IMG/VR virus record: IMGVR_UViG_3300021399_000118
Coordinates: 32,001-96,000 of that record
Length of the DNA: 64,000 nt
Direction: 5' to 3' (one strand)
Source: a virus
Taxonomy: Duplodnaviria; Caudoviricetes
Part shown: positions 50,088-58,717 of the stretch, one piece after another
Position numbering within the stretch: position 1 is the first letter of the stretch
Layout: each line of letters starts with the position of its first letter
Position numbers and translations under genes: made by a program
The notes under the pieces: generated by a model
Told to the model about the DNA's origin: nothing
What the model saw: only the letters and a program-made list of their open reading frames with translations
The model's database searches: none

Positions 50088-51294
50088 ATTTGTTCAGGCT
50101 ATTGATTGCATATTTATGCTTCATTATGCCTTCGTGTCTTGTCGGTGCATAAGTTGTTTCGACCATACGGGTATCTGCGTGTCCCATCAGGTCTGCAAGC
50201 TGAGCCGAAGACATTCCTGCTTCTTTGAGCTGTGTTCCGAAAGTAGCACGCCAGTCATGATTATCCCAGCCCTTAATATTCAACGCATTAAAGGCTTTTG
50301 AATACGTTCTTTTCAACGTTGATATTGGCGCTGGCTGACTCGGGTCTTTTCCGTGGATGATGTACCCGGAATCCCGTGCGCATGGCTCCAGGATAGAGGC
50401 CAAAGCTTCAGGAATTACAAACTCTCGGGTCGATTTTTTTGTTTTTGTCTGGTTCCGGATCACCGTCTTTTTCCCGTCCGGGTAGACAACAGTGCGGCAA
50501 ACCTCTCCGTAACGCTCTTTTAAATGAATGTGTTCCCAGCCGATTCCGGCGATTTCCTCTCTTCTCATACCGGTGTAGACCAGCAGCCCCATATAAAGTC
50601 TTTGCTGTTCGTCCTCGAGGTTTTGAAGTTCCTTTTTGACACGCAGCACGTCTTTGTCCGGAAGCGCCTTATGATGTTCAGAAACTTTTCCTTCATTTAT
50701 CAATAGCGTTTTTTTGATCGGAGAATCTGAAACAAGATTCATTTCGATCGCGATCCGATAAACACGACTAAGAAAACCGCTTACCCGGCGGATTGTGTCA
50801 GCTCTCAGGTTCATCCGGCAGCCGTGCTTCTTTGCGTTCGCCATCCAGTCATACAGATTCTGAATATCCTGCACGCTGATCTGGTCCAAATGCTTCTCAC
50901 CAAGATTAGGAAGAATGTATCGATCCAGATAAATATTGTAGTTTGCGACTGTTGTCGGAGACAAATTACGCATAAATGTTTTCCTGTAGGTGTTGTTGAT
51001 AAAATCTTTTAGCAGCGGAGCTGTTGACTTCATTCTCTCCTGAAGAAAGAGCATGAATTTCCTATCCGTATCCTTCTTGGAAAAGCCTGAGATCCTTGTT
51101 GAAGTAATCGTGCCATCCTTTTCCGTAAAGTAATATGTCTCCCGATAGTTGCTTGGCATTTCTTCTCCCCTTCTACCCTGCTCTATTTTATTATCAAGGT
51201 GCAAAAGAGAAGCAACTGCCTTTTCAGCGGCAAGTCTTGCCACCTCTTCGAGTTGATTTGGAGTATACGGTGCTTTCGGTGGATTGTCAAACAT
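50056..51294 (-). CDS. int: Tyrosine integrase
   Basis: TGMRREE (R), HDWR (HxxR), MGHAD and TTY catalytic motifs; SAM-like N-terminal domain; adjacent to attP. Confidence 0.93.
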   Translation of the reverse strand: MFDNPPKAPYTPNQLEEVARLAAEKAVASLLHLDNKIEQGRRGEEMPSNYRETYYFTEKDGTITSTRISGFSKKDTDRKFMLFLQERMKSTAPLLKDFINNTYRKTFMRNLSPTTVANYNIYLDRYILPNLGEKHLDQISVQDIQNLYDWMANAKKHGCRMNLRADTIRRVSGFLSRVYRIAIEMNLVSDSPIKKTLLINEGKVSEHHKALPDKDVLRVKKELQNLEDEQQRLYMGLLVYTGMRREEIAGIGWEHIHLKERYGEVCRTVVYPDGKKTVIRNQTKTKKSTREFVIPEALASILEPCARDSGYIIHGKDPSQPAPISTLKRTYSKAFNALNIKGWDNHDWRATFGTQLKEAGMSSAQLADLMGHADTRMVETTYAPTRHEGIMKHKYAINSLNKWFQEETSEAL

Positions 51295-51311
51295 ATTGTT
51301 TCCCTCCGAAT

Positions 51312-51356
51312 AAAAAAAAATAAATCTCCGGCCGCCCTGACGGCGACCGGAGATTT
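51312..51356 (-). terminator. Intrinsic terminator upstream of int
   Basis: AAATCTCCGG...CCGGAGATTT stem plus A9 tract. Confidence 0.7.
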
Positions 51357-51361
51357 TCAGA

Positions 51362-51694
51362 TTATTCTTTTTCGATAACGGGCTGCTCGAACGATTCTAT
51401 TGCCCGGGCAATCCGTGTCATCGTTTCAATATCGTCAAACGCATGGGCTCCAACGTAGGCCATTTTGAGGTAGTTCATAATCTGTTCTGCCGGACTCTTC
51501 TCAGTATCTTCATTTCCAAGATACTCTAAAATTCTCCGTGCGTCATCTGCTGTAAATGTTACCCACCAGCGATCCTTCTCAGGATCCGGACCGCATAGCT
51601 TCAGCTGATCTTTTATAACTTGCTTTATGCGTTCTTTCTCTGTCATTCTGACGGCATCCTTATCTCTACTTCTTCTGCTTTCTTGATCCAGCAC
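51362..51694 (-). CDS. Hypothetical protein; true start probably MTEKER at 51646
   Basis: ORF in the minus-strand operon. Confidence 0.55.
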   Translation of the reverse strand: MLDQESRRSRDKDAVRMTEKERIKQVIKDQLKLCGPDPEKDRWWVTFTADDARRILEYLGNEDTEKSPAEQIMNYLKMAYVGAHAFDDIETMTRIARAIESFEQPVIEKE

Positions 51695-51852
51695 GGACCA
51701 TCTTCATAATGTTCTTGGCAATAGCGATCGAAATCACCAATAAGCTGATTGAACTTGTCCACAAAATCGTCTTTGCTTGTGGCAAGGATGACAACGCGCT
51801 CTTCGTTGTCGGGGTCAAGGTATGTAATCAGATAACTTCTTATGCCTTTCAT
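51643..51852 (-). CDS. Hypothetical protein
   Basis: RBS AAGGAG, 69 aa. Confidence 0.6.
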   Translation of the reverse strand: MKGIRSYLITYLDPDNEERVVILATSKDDFVDKFNQLIGDFDRYCQEHYEDGPCWIKKAEEVEIRMPSE

Positions 51853-51923
51853 GTTGTTTCTCCTTATTGCTTGCGTCGATTTCGGACGGTATGTTCCATT
51901 CCGATCAGTTTGACCGCCTGTCC

Positions 51924-52961
51924 TTATTCGTTTTTCAACAGGTATTTGTTGCTGACAGCTTTCATTGACAGCGGCCCGCCGATTGTTTCATTGTAGATGT
52001 TATCGACAGCCCGGATTACGATGCCTTCTTTCGGGCCACCATTCGGATATTCTCCCTCGGCCCGGGCAAGAATCGCTTCAACTGCTGGATAACGTTCAGG
52101 CAGGTCATCCCCGACTTCTTCGATCGGGACAGACTCAGCACCAATCATGCTTGCGATCATCTGCATTTTTAGCATATTCACCCGGGTTCCATTGATTCTT
52201 ACCGTGAAAACATACCATTCCGGCTTTGTCAGCTTCAGGCGATTCTTCTGGATGCCGGGAGCGCAGAACTCGCCCTGGATCGTCAGGGTCTTCAGCTCCT
52301 CAGCTTTTACATAGGCTTCCATCTTTTCCCGGAAACCCATCTTCTTGACAAACTCGTAGAAAGCGCAGGATCCGTCATCTTTATATTCGTAGTTATGTCC
52401 GCAGACATGGAATCCATTCTCGTCGATAGAGATGGAGTGGGACGAGCCATCCATCTTTGTGCTGATATAATACGGAATACCTTTGAAGGCTTCCGCAAAC
52501 TCCGGGAAGTTCTGCACCCGGATCTCGTCAGTATGGGGCACGTCGTAAGGCAGAAGTCCGATTACTGTTCCTCCGGTTGTGGCCTTCTCTTCAATCTCCC
52601 ACTTTCTCACCTTCAGAAGCTCGGTCACGTCCTGTCCAAGCTCCGGAGATTCAATTTCCGGAAAATCAGACAACGGCAGAAGCAAGCCCTGGGAAACGAC
52701 ACCCCTCAGCTTCAGTGTTTTCAGCCGGAAACCCTCTCCCATAATGTCTGTGTTTTTGTAGCTGGTCTTTCTCAGAAACTCAAACCTTTCGTCGATTGGA
52801 AGAAAAGAGTCGATCTCGAAATAGACAGCCAGGTCCATCGGCTGGAACTGTCCCTTCGGAACTACGCAGACCCAGCCTTCGACATAGGCTTTTTCCAGCC
52901 TGTCGGCTCCATCAATAGGTTCGATCTTCCAAATCTTTTGTATGCTTGCGAGTTTTCTCAT
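51924..52961 (-). CDS. ATP-dependent RNA ligase (DRB0094/Rnl2-like family)
   Basis: MRKLASIQ..PI.GAD.LE N-terminal domain; motif I TKMDGSS; QGEFC.PGIQKN; EGIVIR; SMKAVSNKYL. Confidence 0.88.
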   Translation of the reverse strand: MRKLASIQKIWKIEPIDGADRLEKAYVEGWVCVVPKGQFQPMDLAVYFEIDSFLPIDERFEFLRKTSYKNTDIMGEGFRLKTLKLRGVVSQGLLLPLSDFPEIESPELGQDVTELLKVRKWEIEEKATTGGTVIGLLPYDVPHTDEIRVQNFPEFAEAFKGIPYYISTKMDGSSHSISIDENGFHVCGHNYEYKDDGSCAFYEFVKKMGFREKMEAYVKAEELKTLTIQGEFCAPGIQKNRLKLTKPEWYVFTVRINGTRVNMLKMQMIASMIGAESVPIEEVGDDLPERYPAVEAILARAEGEYPNGGPKEGIVIRAVDNIYNETIGGPLSMKAVSNKYLLKNE

Positions 52962-53142
52962 GCAAGTCCTCCTCGATTTCGATGTTGCAGCTTCCATTCA
53001 CGCGGATGATATTGTCTGCCCAGTTGGAAAGCTGCTGAATTGATCCTTTTGCTGTCAGTATTCTTCCTCCGCGAATAATCGCTTTTCCGAAATACTCAGT
53101 ATCATCCATAAACCTCGTTCTCCTTGACATAAAAATAACCAA
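52912..53142 (-). CDS. Hypothetical protein; start probably at 53109
   Basis: ORF with RBS, overlapping the ligase start. Confidence 0.45.
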   Translation of the reverse strand: MVIFMSRRTRFMDDTEYFGKAIIRGGRILTAKGSIQQLSNWADNIIRVNGSCNIEIEEDLHEKTRKHTKDLEDRTY

Positions 53143-53277
53143 TCAGCTCCTGCGCAGCGATTGGTGTGTATTTATTCATTTAATAAAAGAACGCTTAATT
53201 CAGTCGTTTTACTCCGTTCACTTCGTCTGTTATCGACAAAGTTTGCTAAGGACATTTATGTCCCTTGCAAACGATAT

Positions 53278-53436
53278 TCACCTGTCCCAGATAACGAATA
53301 TAAAGCCGTATGCTCCGGGAGTTTTCTGAAAGTCTGCAAGCAGCCGCGATCCGACTTTCCTCCATCTTGCTTTCCTGTACGACTTTCTGTGAAACTGCCA
53401 TTGCACAGTTCCGTCTTTTTCTACTTTGATAATCAT
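53278..53436 (-). CDS. Small basic protein (MIIKVEKDG..., 52 aa), not in the ORF track
   Basis: ATGA overlap with the upstream gene. Confidence 0.4.
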   Translation of the reverse strand: MIIKVEKDGTVQWQFHRKSYRKARWRKVGSRLLADFQKTPGAYGFIFVIWDR

Positions 53437-53969
53437 GACAGATCCCTCAACCATTTAAGATTATAGAGCTCAATCTCTTCGTCTGTCAGCTTGCAGTCCC
53501 GGAACAGGACACGAATTGCCTGCTCGCTGTCCGAGCCTGACATCAGCGATTCGGCGACTGTATTTAGAATCTTTGCGACACGAGGCGTCGCAGAAAGATC
53601 TGAGGTCGGAAGCTCGGATTCGTAATAGGACTGCTCCCATTCTTCTTCCCATTTGCCATTCTTGAAGACGGCAAATCCATCTCCTTCGTCGCTCCAGTAA
53701 GAGATATGACCCAACTTAACGTAAGGATTAAAGGGCTCGATCGTATCTATTACATCCTCGAGCCACCAGTTACCATCGAACTCAATATAGCACATTGTTC
53801 CATTTATGCTTATCGTTCTGAAGGTTTCATTCGCGGCATCGACAAGCTCTTTCGGGAGATGCCCTTTTAAATCCATCTCTATAGTTCCTGACGCTAAAAC
53901 GCTCATGTCGTTTTCCCTTCTTTGTTCTGTTTGAATCTGATGCAGGTTTCTGCAATCGCTTCCCGGCAA
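53433..53969 (-). CDS. Hypothetical protein; start probably MSVLAS at 53906
   Basis: ORF in operon. Confidence 0.55.
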   Translation of the reverse strand: MPGSDCRNLHQIQTEQRRENDMSVLASGTIEMDLKGHLPKELVDAANETFRTISINGTMCYIEFDGNWWLEDVIDTIEPFNPYVKLGHISYWSDEGDGFAVFKNGKWEEEWEQSYYESELPTSDLSATPRVAKILNTVAESLMSGSDSEQAIRVLFRDCKLTDEEIELYNLKWLRDLS

Positions 53970-54268
53970 AGCCGCCAGAGAATTTCAGTGATGTTATCGT
54001 TCTCGTCCAGCCATTCACGAAGCTTTTTAGCCGCACATTCCATCATGTCTTTATCTTCCAGCATTTGCCGAAGATCTGACATGGGAATCTTTTCCCCTTC
54101 AAGATTAACTGTTTCGTTGTCCTTCAGTTCGTATGTACAGCTCAACAGCTCAGTTTCAATATCTTGAATGTCATAGTTATGCTGTTCTTCCAAATAGGTT
54201 TTCCGGCGCTCTTCGAAGGTCAGTTCGAAGCTGAATGTTGTGCCGCCGAACTCTCTTTCTATTCTCAT
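53903..54268 (-). CDS. Hypothetical protein
   Basis: RBS GAGG, 121 aa. Confidence 0.6.
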   Translation of the reverse strand: MRIEREFGGTTFSFELTFEERRKTYLEEQHNYDIQDIETELLSCTYELKDNETVNLEGEKIPMSDLRQMLEDKDMMECAAKKLREWLDENDNITEILWRLCREAIAETCIRFKQNKEGKTT

Positions 54269-54281
54269 TTTTACCTCACAT

Positions 54282-54716
54282 TTATACAGGGGTAAACATT
54301 ATTCCCTTTTCCTCGGCCCAGTTGTAGAGCCATTTCCGGATGTCTGATTTTTCATAACTATTGGCGTCAGCGGCTCTCCAATCGTTGCGAAAACGAGCCC
54401 TTCCAACCGAATCTTTGCAAATCGCAAGCGTGTCGTTCAACACGACCCATATGCAGTCAGCAAACTCAAACCTGTTTCCGCGGTTAAGACTAAAAGATTT
54501 CAAGTTTCCTATTAAAACTGGACGAACATGTAAAAAGGAGCAGTCGAGATATGGAATATTGTAGCATGAGCCGTTGAGATTCACACAAGGCACATAGTTC
54601 TGATTGTTATCATACGTTCGCAGCCACCAATTCTCAGGAATAAATGGGATGACGTATCTATTCTCCTTGTATTCTTTGTCTGACAAAAGTGTAATATTGT
54701 TAAATTCTAACTTCAT
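54282..54716 (-). CDS. DUF6273-like protein; paralog of 59701-60213
   Basis: ITLLS..EY, WWLRT, VRP and N.YEKSDIR.W motifs. Confidence 0.7.
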   Translation of the reverse strand: MKLEFNNITLLSDKEYKENRYVIPFIPENWWLRTYDNNQNYVPCVNLNGSCYNIPYLDCSFLHVRPVLIGNLKSFSLNRGNRFEFADCIWVVLNDTLAICKDSVGRARFRNDWRAADANSYEKSDIRKWLYNWAEEKGIMFTPV

Positions 54717-54770
54717 TCTTTGCTCCAGCTAATTCTATTTTTGTTTCAGTGAAGTGCGTTGAAGTTAACT

Positions 54771-54974
54771 TCAATCAACTTCAAAAGCCTCTTTCTTTAT
54801 TTTGCTTTCAAGAACTTTTACTTCGCACCTTGCGTGGCAGGCCATGCTTACGCCGATGCAGGCAATAGATCTGTCATTTTGTCCGTTGCAGGCGTCAATC
54901 ATGGCAAGAACAAAGAAGACTATTCCAAAGACAAGCCAGGCTGTCGCAAAGAAATTTTCATAAAATACTTTCAT
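54771..54974 (-). CDS. Small membrane protein
   Basis: Hydrophobic helix; RBS GAGG. Confidence 0.5.
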   Translation of the reverse strand: MKVFYENFFATAWLVFGIVFFVLAMIDACNGQNDRSIACIGVSMACHARCEVKVLESKIKKEAFEVD

Positions 54975-55248
54975 TTCTGTACCTCATTTCACTTTCAAAG
55001 TATCGCACGATCTTTCGTGTCACGCCGCTCATGCTTACCAGGCATTCGAAAGGAACCATATTGTTCATTTGCTTCTCCTGGATATTTCAAGTTCAACCCG
55101 TTCGATTGCATCCAATAGTCGATCATCCAGCCAATTTACAAATCTCCATCCAATTCGATGGTTTGCAAGCAAAAATCTCCAGGTTGCTCTTCTGAACACC
55201 CAGAGCATTTTCAATAACGCGTTCATTTCCGCTTCACCTTTCTTCCGC

Positions 55249-55443
55249 TTAAGGAATTCCCTGAGTTACATCCCAGCAATCCAGGATCGTTTCATGAGCT
55301 TTCCCGATCCATCTGTCGATATAATCACTTGCTTCGCCTTTTGTTCTTCCGGTAAAAGGAGGCAGCGGCCAATCAGAGAATTCTCTTATATCTCTAATCA
55401 TTTCAAGTTGCTTTTCTGTTGCCGGATCGTCGCGCCAACTCAT
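55249..55443 (-). CDS. Small protein (MSWRDDPATEKQ...)
   Basis: Starts at the repeated junction motif; domain shared with the C-terminus of 61692-62111. Confidence 0.6.
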   Translation of the reverse strand: MSWRDDPATEKQLEMIRDIREFSDWPLPPFTGRTKGEASDYIDRWIGKAHETILDCWDVTQGIP

Positions 55444-55468
55444 TCCCATTTCACCGCCCTTCCGGACT

Positions 55469-55630
55469 TTAAGCAACATCCTTTTTTCTTAAACAAACAT
55501 AAAAATGCCATCCAATCCAAACAAAGAAAACAAAAAATTGCTCTTCATTTGATTTAAGCAATGGGTGGTAAAACCACTTAAATTCTCTTGCATATTTTCT
55601 TATGCCGAAGCCAAAGCGCCCTATTGTCAT
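55469..55630 (-). CDS. Small hypothetical protein (MTIGRFGFGIR...)
   Basis: Starts at the junction repeat. Confidence 0.5.
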   Translation of the reverse strand: MTIGRFGFGIRKYAREFKWFYHPLLKSNEEQFFVFFVWIGWHFYVCLRKKDVA

Positions 55631-55971
55631 TCCCATTTCACCGCCTGTCTCTGTTCGTCTGTCGGCTTGCCAGTCCAAATACGACATACGCCGTCAACCG
55701 CATACATGATGATTTTCTGTAAGTCAAAATTGTTTAATCTAATCGGGCAATCATTGTCTTTAAACTCAACGTATATTTCTGTTAGTTCGTCCAGCGTCAT
55801 CACACGCGGTTCCTGTTGTTTTGGATCCAACTTCTTCAGGAAGACCAGCGCATCTTTCATTACCTGGGCTCTGCATCCATATACTCCATCATATGGGCAT
55901 TCTTTACATCTGAACTGATCTTGACCTACACAGACTGAAATACCCTTGATTACGTTATCAAGACTTGGCAT
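55627..55971 (-). CDS. Small Cys-containing phage protein ending in QAVKWE
   Basis: VIKG..C, C..CPY and WT.KPT.EQR.AVKWE. Confidence 0.65.
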   Translation of the reverse strand: MPSLDNVIKGISVCVGQDQFRCKECPYDGVYGCRAQVMKDALVFLKKLDPKQQEPRVMTLDELTEIYVEFKDNDCPIRLNNFDLQKIIMYAVDGVCRIWTGKPTDEQRQAVKWE

Positions 55972-55972
55972 T

Positions 55973-56200
55973 TTATTTTGTCTCCTTTTCCCTCAGGAGA
56001 TCCTTGAGCCGATCATTTTCCACAATCAGCTCCCAGATCCGTTGATTCCGGTCTTTTATCAACGCCAGAGCATCGCGCATCATTGGCTTCCTGCAGTCCA
56101 TTGTGCTATAACAGCCTTTAACTTTATACCCGCAGTCCATGCAATTTCCATGACCAAGACAGATGTTGAGCGCATTGATCACTTTCATCATATCAATCAT
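55973..56200 (-). CDS. Small Cys-containing protein
   Basis: VINAL..C..C..C.Y; DALALIK. Confidence 0.55.
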   Translation of the reverse strand: MIDMMKVINALNICLGHGNCMDCGYKVKGCYSTMDCRKPMMRDALALIKDRNQRIWELIVENDRLKDLLREKETK

Positions 56201-56510
56201 TAAATTCCACCGTCTCTCCATCCATCTTTGCTCCGCAATGCGGACAAAACAACGACAGCTTCTTTTTCATAGGATAATACGGAAATACTTTCACATGACA
56301 TTCAGAGCAATAAACGCCGGCATTAGAACATTTTTGAAGATCTATCCAATGCCCATGTTTCGGCTCTTTCAGCAGAGCGAAAATGTCATTTTTTAATTCG
56401 TCTGTGCATTCATGATTTTGATAGTACGGACAATCGTTTTCGTAACAAGCGTCTGAAACACCAAAGGCACAATGTTCAAGTCCTTTGATTGCCTTCTCCA
56501 GGTCAGCCAT
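56193..56510 (-). CDS. Zn-ribbon protein
   Basis: CSEC...FCPHCGAKMD. Confidence 0.7.
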   Translation of the reverse strand: MADLEKAIKGLEHCAFGVSDACYENDCPYYQNHECTDELKNDIFALLKEPKHGHWIDLQKCSNAGVYCSECHVKVFPYYPMKKKLSLFCPHCGAKMDGETVEFND

Positions 56511-56516
56511 CCCACT

Positions 56517-56672
56517 TCACCGCCTTATCCATCCGTTGAATGTTGATATCTCAAGTAATGCTTTTATGTTGTCTGCAATCACTGATAATGTATCGTCCGG
56601 TTCCATGCTGTTTTCAACGGCATAATCGCATATTTCTGTTATGACATGTGTCATAAACTCTTCTTCAGACAT
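56517..56672 (-). CDS. Small protein (MSEEEFMTHVITEICDY..., 51 aa), not in the ORF track
   Basis: Bounded by two junction repeats. Confidence 0.6.
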   Translation of the reverse strand: MSEEEFMTHVITEICDYAVENSMEPDDTLSVIADNIKALLEISTFNGWIRR

Positions 56673-56678
56673 CCTACT

Positions 56679-57005
56679 TCACCGCCTTTCCTGTTCTGCA
56701 TATTTTTTGTGGCGTGTTTCCCATCTCCCGTAATATTCCTCGCTGTCGATTTCTCCCTTGTGCAAAGCAATTAAGTCATCAGCGCAGTCAATACAGTCAT
56801 GAATCAGGAATGGTTCTCTATCGCAGAACCCTCGTTCAGATAAGGTGAAGTCTCCCTTGCTGATCGGTGCTTCGCAATAAACGCACTTCGTATCCTTCCG
56901 AACTTTGACGAGGTGGCTGTGCCAATTTCTGATGTCCGTGTCCATATCATCAGACGGCATTTCCAAATCATCATATTCAGCAATCGGATATTTGTTGGTC
57001 TTCAT
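56679..57005 (-). CDS. Zn-binding small protein (MKTNKYP...)
   Basis: KVRK...C.YC...I.KG...C..C. Confidence 0.65.
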   Translation of the reverse strand: MKTNKYPIAEYDDLEMPSDDMDTDIRNWHSHLVKVRKDTKCVYCEAPISKGDFTLSERGFCDREPFLIHDCIDCADDLIALHKGEIDSEEYYGRWETRHKKYAEQERR

Positions 57006-57268
57006 TCCCACTTCACCGCCTGTCCGCATTGATCACAATACATTTGCTTTTTAAAGAGAAAGCACTTATGACACTTTGGACACCTATAAAGACGGTAGGT
57101 TCCCATCTCTTCTACTTTCGGCTCGACCGCTTCTTGCTCTTTCAGCAGGGCGATAATTTCTTTTGCTTGCCCCTGAGTCAGTATAAGCAGCTCATCGTCG
57201 GCTGCATATTTCTGCAAGTCATCAAGTTGAAGCTCCAACTGTCTAACAACCTTTCCTGCGTTAATCAT
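57002..57268 (-). CDS. Zn-ribbon protein ending in CGQAVKWE
   Basis: ALLKEQEAVEPK; CPKC...YCDQCG. Confidence 0.7.
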   Translation of the reverse strand: MINAGKVVRQLELQLDDLQKYAADDELLILTQGQAKEIIALLKEQEAVEPKVEEMGTYRLYRCPKCHKCFLFKKQMYCDQCGQAVKWE

Positions 57269-57500
57269 TCCATTCCACCTTCCGTCCGCATTTCGAGCAA
57301 TAGTTATCCCGCCAACTGTTGGAAATAATTACAAGATGCTTTCCGCAGTTTCCGCAGGCATATCTTGTTACAAGCCCGTCCACAAGCTGTTTCGGCTCAA
57401 CAGGTTCATGTTCTTTCAGCAAAGCCCTGAGCCGGTCATTCTCTGCCTGCAGATCCCATATACAGTTTTCCAGTTTCATAACGATTGGTTCCCAGACCAA
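57261..57500 (-). CDS. Zn-ribbon protein ending in CGRKVEWND
   Basis: CGNCG...YCSKCG. Confidence 0.65.
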   Translation of the reverse strand: MVWEPIVMKLENCIWDLQAENDRLRALLKEHEPVEPKQLVDGLVTRYACGNCGKHLVIISNSWRDNYCSKCGRKVEWND

Positions 57501-57537
57501 TTATTTCGCCTCCTCAATCTATTCATGCTATTTGTAG

Positions 57538-57610
57538 TACTACCGCCCGGATTCGAACCGGGAATCTTCGGCTTATAAGGCCGCGGCTCTGACCCTTGAG
57601 CTACGGTAGC
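57538..57610 (-). tRNA. trnI: tRNA-Ile(UAU)
   Basis: GCTACCG-TA-GCTC..GAGC-C-GCGGC-CT TAT AA-GCCGA-AGATT-CCCGG-TTCGAAT-CCGGG-CGGTAGT-A; CCA not encoded. Confidence 0.85.
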
Positions 57611-57617
57611 ATATTCA

Positions 57618-57797
57618 GTGAGGTGCGCCATAACTGCGACACCTCACCTACTCCTGCTAATCACATCGTGCCGGACACTACTCCGCCTTGATATGCAACC
57701 TCGGAGACGGCAGAGGCATGGTCGCGTACTTCAACCTTGTCCTTGATCCGTTGGTGAGACGGACTGTAACAAGGCGGCTCCGTGTTTCGCTTGCCGG
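57618..57797 (-). ncRNA. Unidentified structured RNA between the two tRNAs
   Basis: Nested stems CCGG/CCGG, ACAC/GTGT and CCGCCTTG/CAAGGCGG enclosing hairpins; separate GTGAGGTG/CACCTCAC hairpin. Confidence 0.45.
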
Positions 57798-57805
57798 TTA
57801 TAGAT

Positions 57806-57879
57806 TGGCAGGATGACTGTGAATCGAACACAGGCCTGCGGTTTTGGAGACCGCCGTTCTGCCACTAAACTATCATCCT
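57806..57879 (-). tRNA. trnW: tRNA-Trp(CCA)
   Basis: AGGATGA...GCGGT-CT CCA AA-ACCGC...CTGTG-TTCGATT-CACAG-TCATCCT-G-CCA. Confidence 0.92.
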
Positions 57880-57886
57880 TAATTAA

Positions 57887-58007
57887 ATGCGGGTAAGGAT
57901 TTGCACCTTACATAACAGGATAACGGACTCCCTGTCTCCCTATTCACGCTCCATTTTGCCGAAGGTTTGGCGTTTTCGGTCAGCGTATACCTTTTCCGCC
58001 ACCGCAT
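57887..58007 (-). ncRNA. tRNA-like RNA A (121 nt, no canonical anticodon arm)
   Basis: ATGCGG-TG-GCGGAAAAGGTATACGC D-arm; GTAAGG-TGCAAAT-CCTTAC T-arm; CCGCAT; ends 7 nt upstream of tRNA-Trp. Confidence 0.65.
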
Positions 58008-58346
58008 ATGTCATTCTTTAATCACATAGCTTTGTTATGATTGCGCCTGTCAGAACTCCTATGCAAAGAATCAAAACTGCCATTTGTCCATCCATGCGTT
58101 CGCCCGTCCTTTAAGTCACTTCGTTTTCTACCTCGTTTAATGTTGCCATTATGTTAATATAGAGCATATTTAAGTTACATCCACGGTCTATTCCCAATGA
58201 CCGCTTGCGCTTCCTCGTAGCACAAAATTCTGAACCACTCCCATTTGCTGAAAATCCGGTCGAACTTTTTGTGGCGAATGATAAACCTAAGAACACCTCG
58301 AATGTATTTGTGCATTGATCTCACCTCGTGTTATTCCTGCCATTGT

Positions 58347-58535
58347 TTAATTATATCCCACCCATCCGCAATCGCATTCATATTGACTTTGTGGAGGATA
58401 TGAAGCAAGAATAATATCGGTTCTTACATAAATTTTCTTTCCGCATTTGGGACAATCGATATCTGTTATTTTTCTTTTTGAATTATTGATGTAATATTCT
58501 TTTAGGCTCATTTTCTCAAATTCTTCCCAAGTCAT
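58347..58535 (-). CDS. Zn-ribbon protein
   Basis: CPKCG...L.SYPP...Y.C.CGW. Confidence 0.7.
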   Translation of the reverse strand: MTWEEFEKMSLKEYYINNSKRKITDIDCPKCGKKIYVRTDIILASYPPQSQYECDCGWVGYN

Positions 58536-58698
58536 TATTAAATCCTCCCAACTTCACCTTCTGACCACATTTAGGGCAATAATGTAAGTCATCATCGTCT
58601 CCCATCATCCATGTACATTCACACTTTGGGCAAAGCACAACGGTACCATAATACTCATCCACCCAGTTTCTTACTTGTAAAGCTTCGTCATTACTCAT
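58516..58698 (-). CDS. Zn-ribbon protein; start reassigned to MSNDEAL
   Basis: RBS AGGAGG before ATG 58698; CPKC...YCPKCGQKV. Confidence 0.65.
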   Translation of the reverse strand: MSNDEALQVRNWVDEYYGTVVLCPKCECTWMMGDDDDLHYCPKCGQKVKLGGFNNDLGRI

Positions 58699-58717
58699 TC
58701 CTGTATCTCCTCCTAAA

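Larger units (their letters stand above)
55441..57283 (-). repeat. Dispersed gene-junction repeat GGCGGTGAA(A/G)T(G/A)GGA(A)TG
   Basis: Copies at 55441-55458, 55628-55645, 56508-56524, 56670-56686 and 57003-57020; degenerate copies at 56198-56214 and 57266-57283. Confidence 0.8.

Noticed and set aside
55441-57283. CRISPR array or integron attC sites
   Set aside because: Repeats are ~18 nt, non-palindromic, separated by whole genes of variable length, with no cas genes or integron integrase
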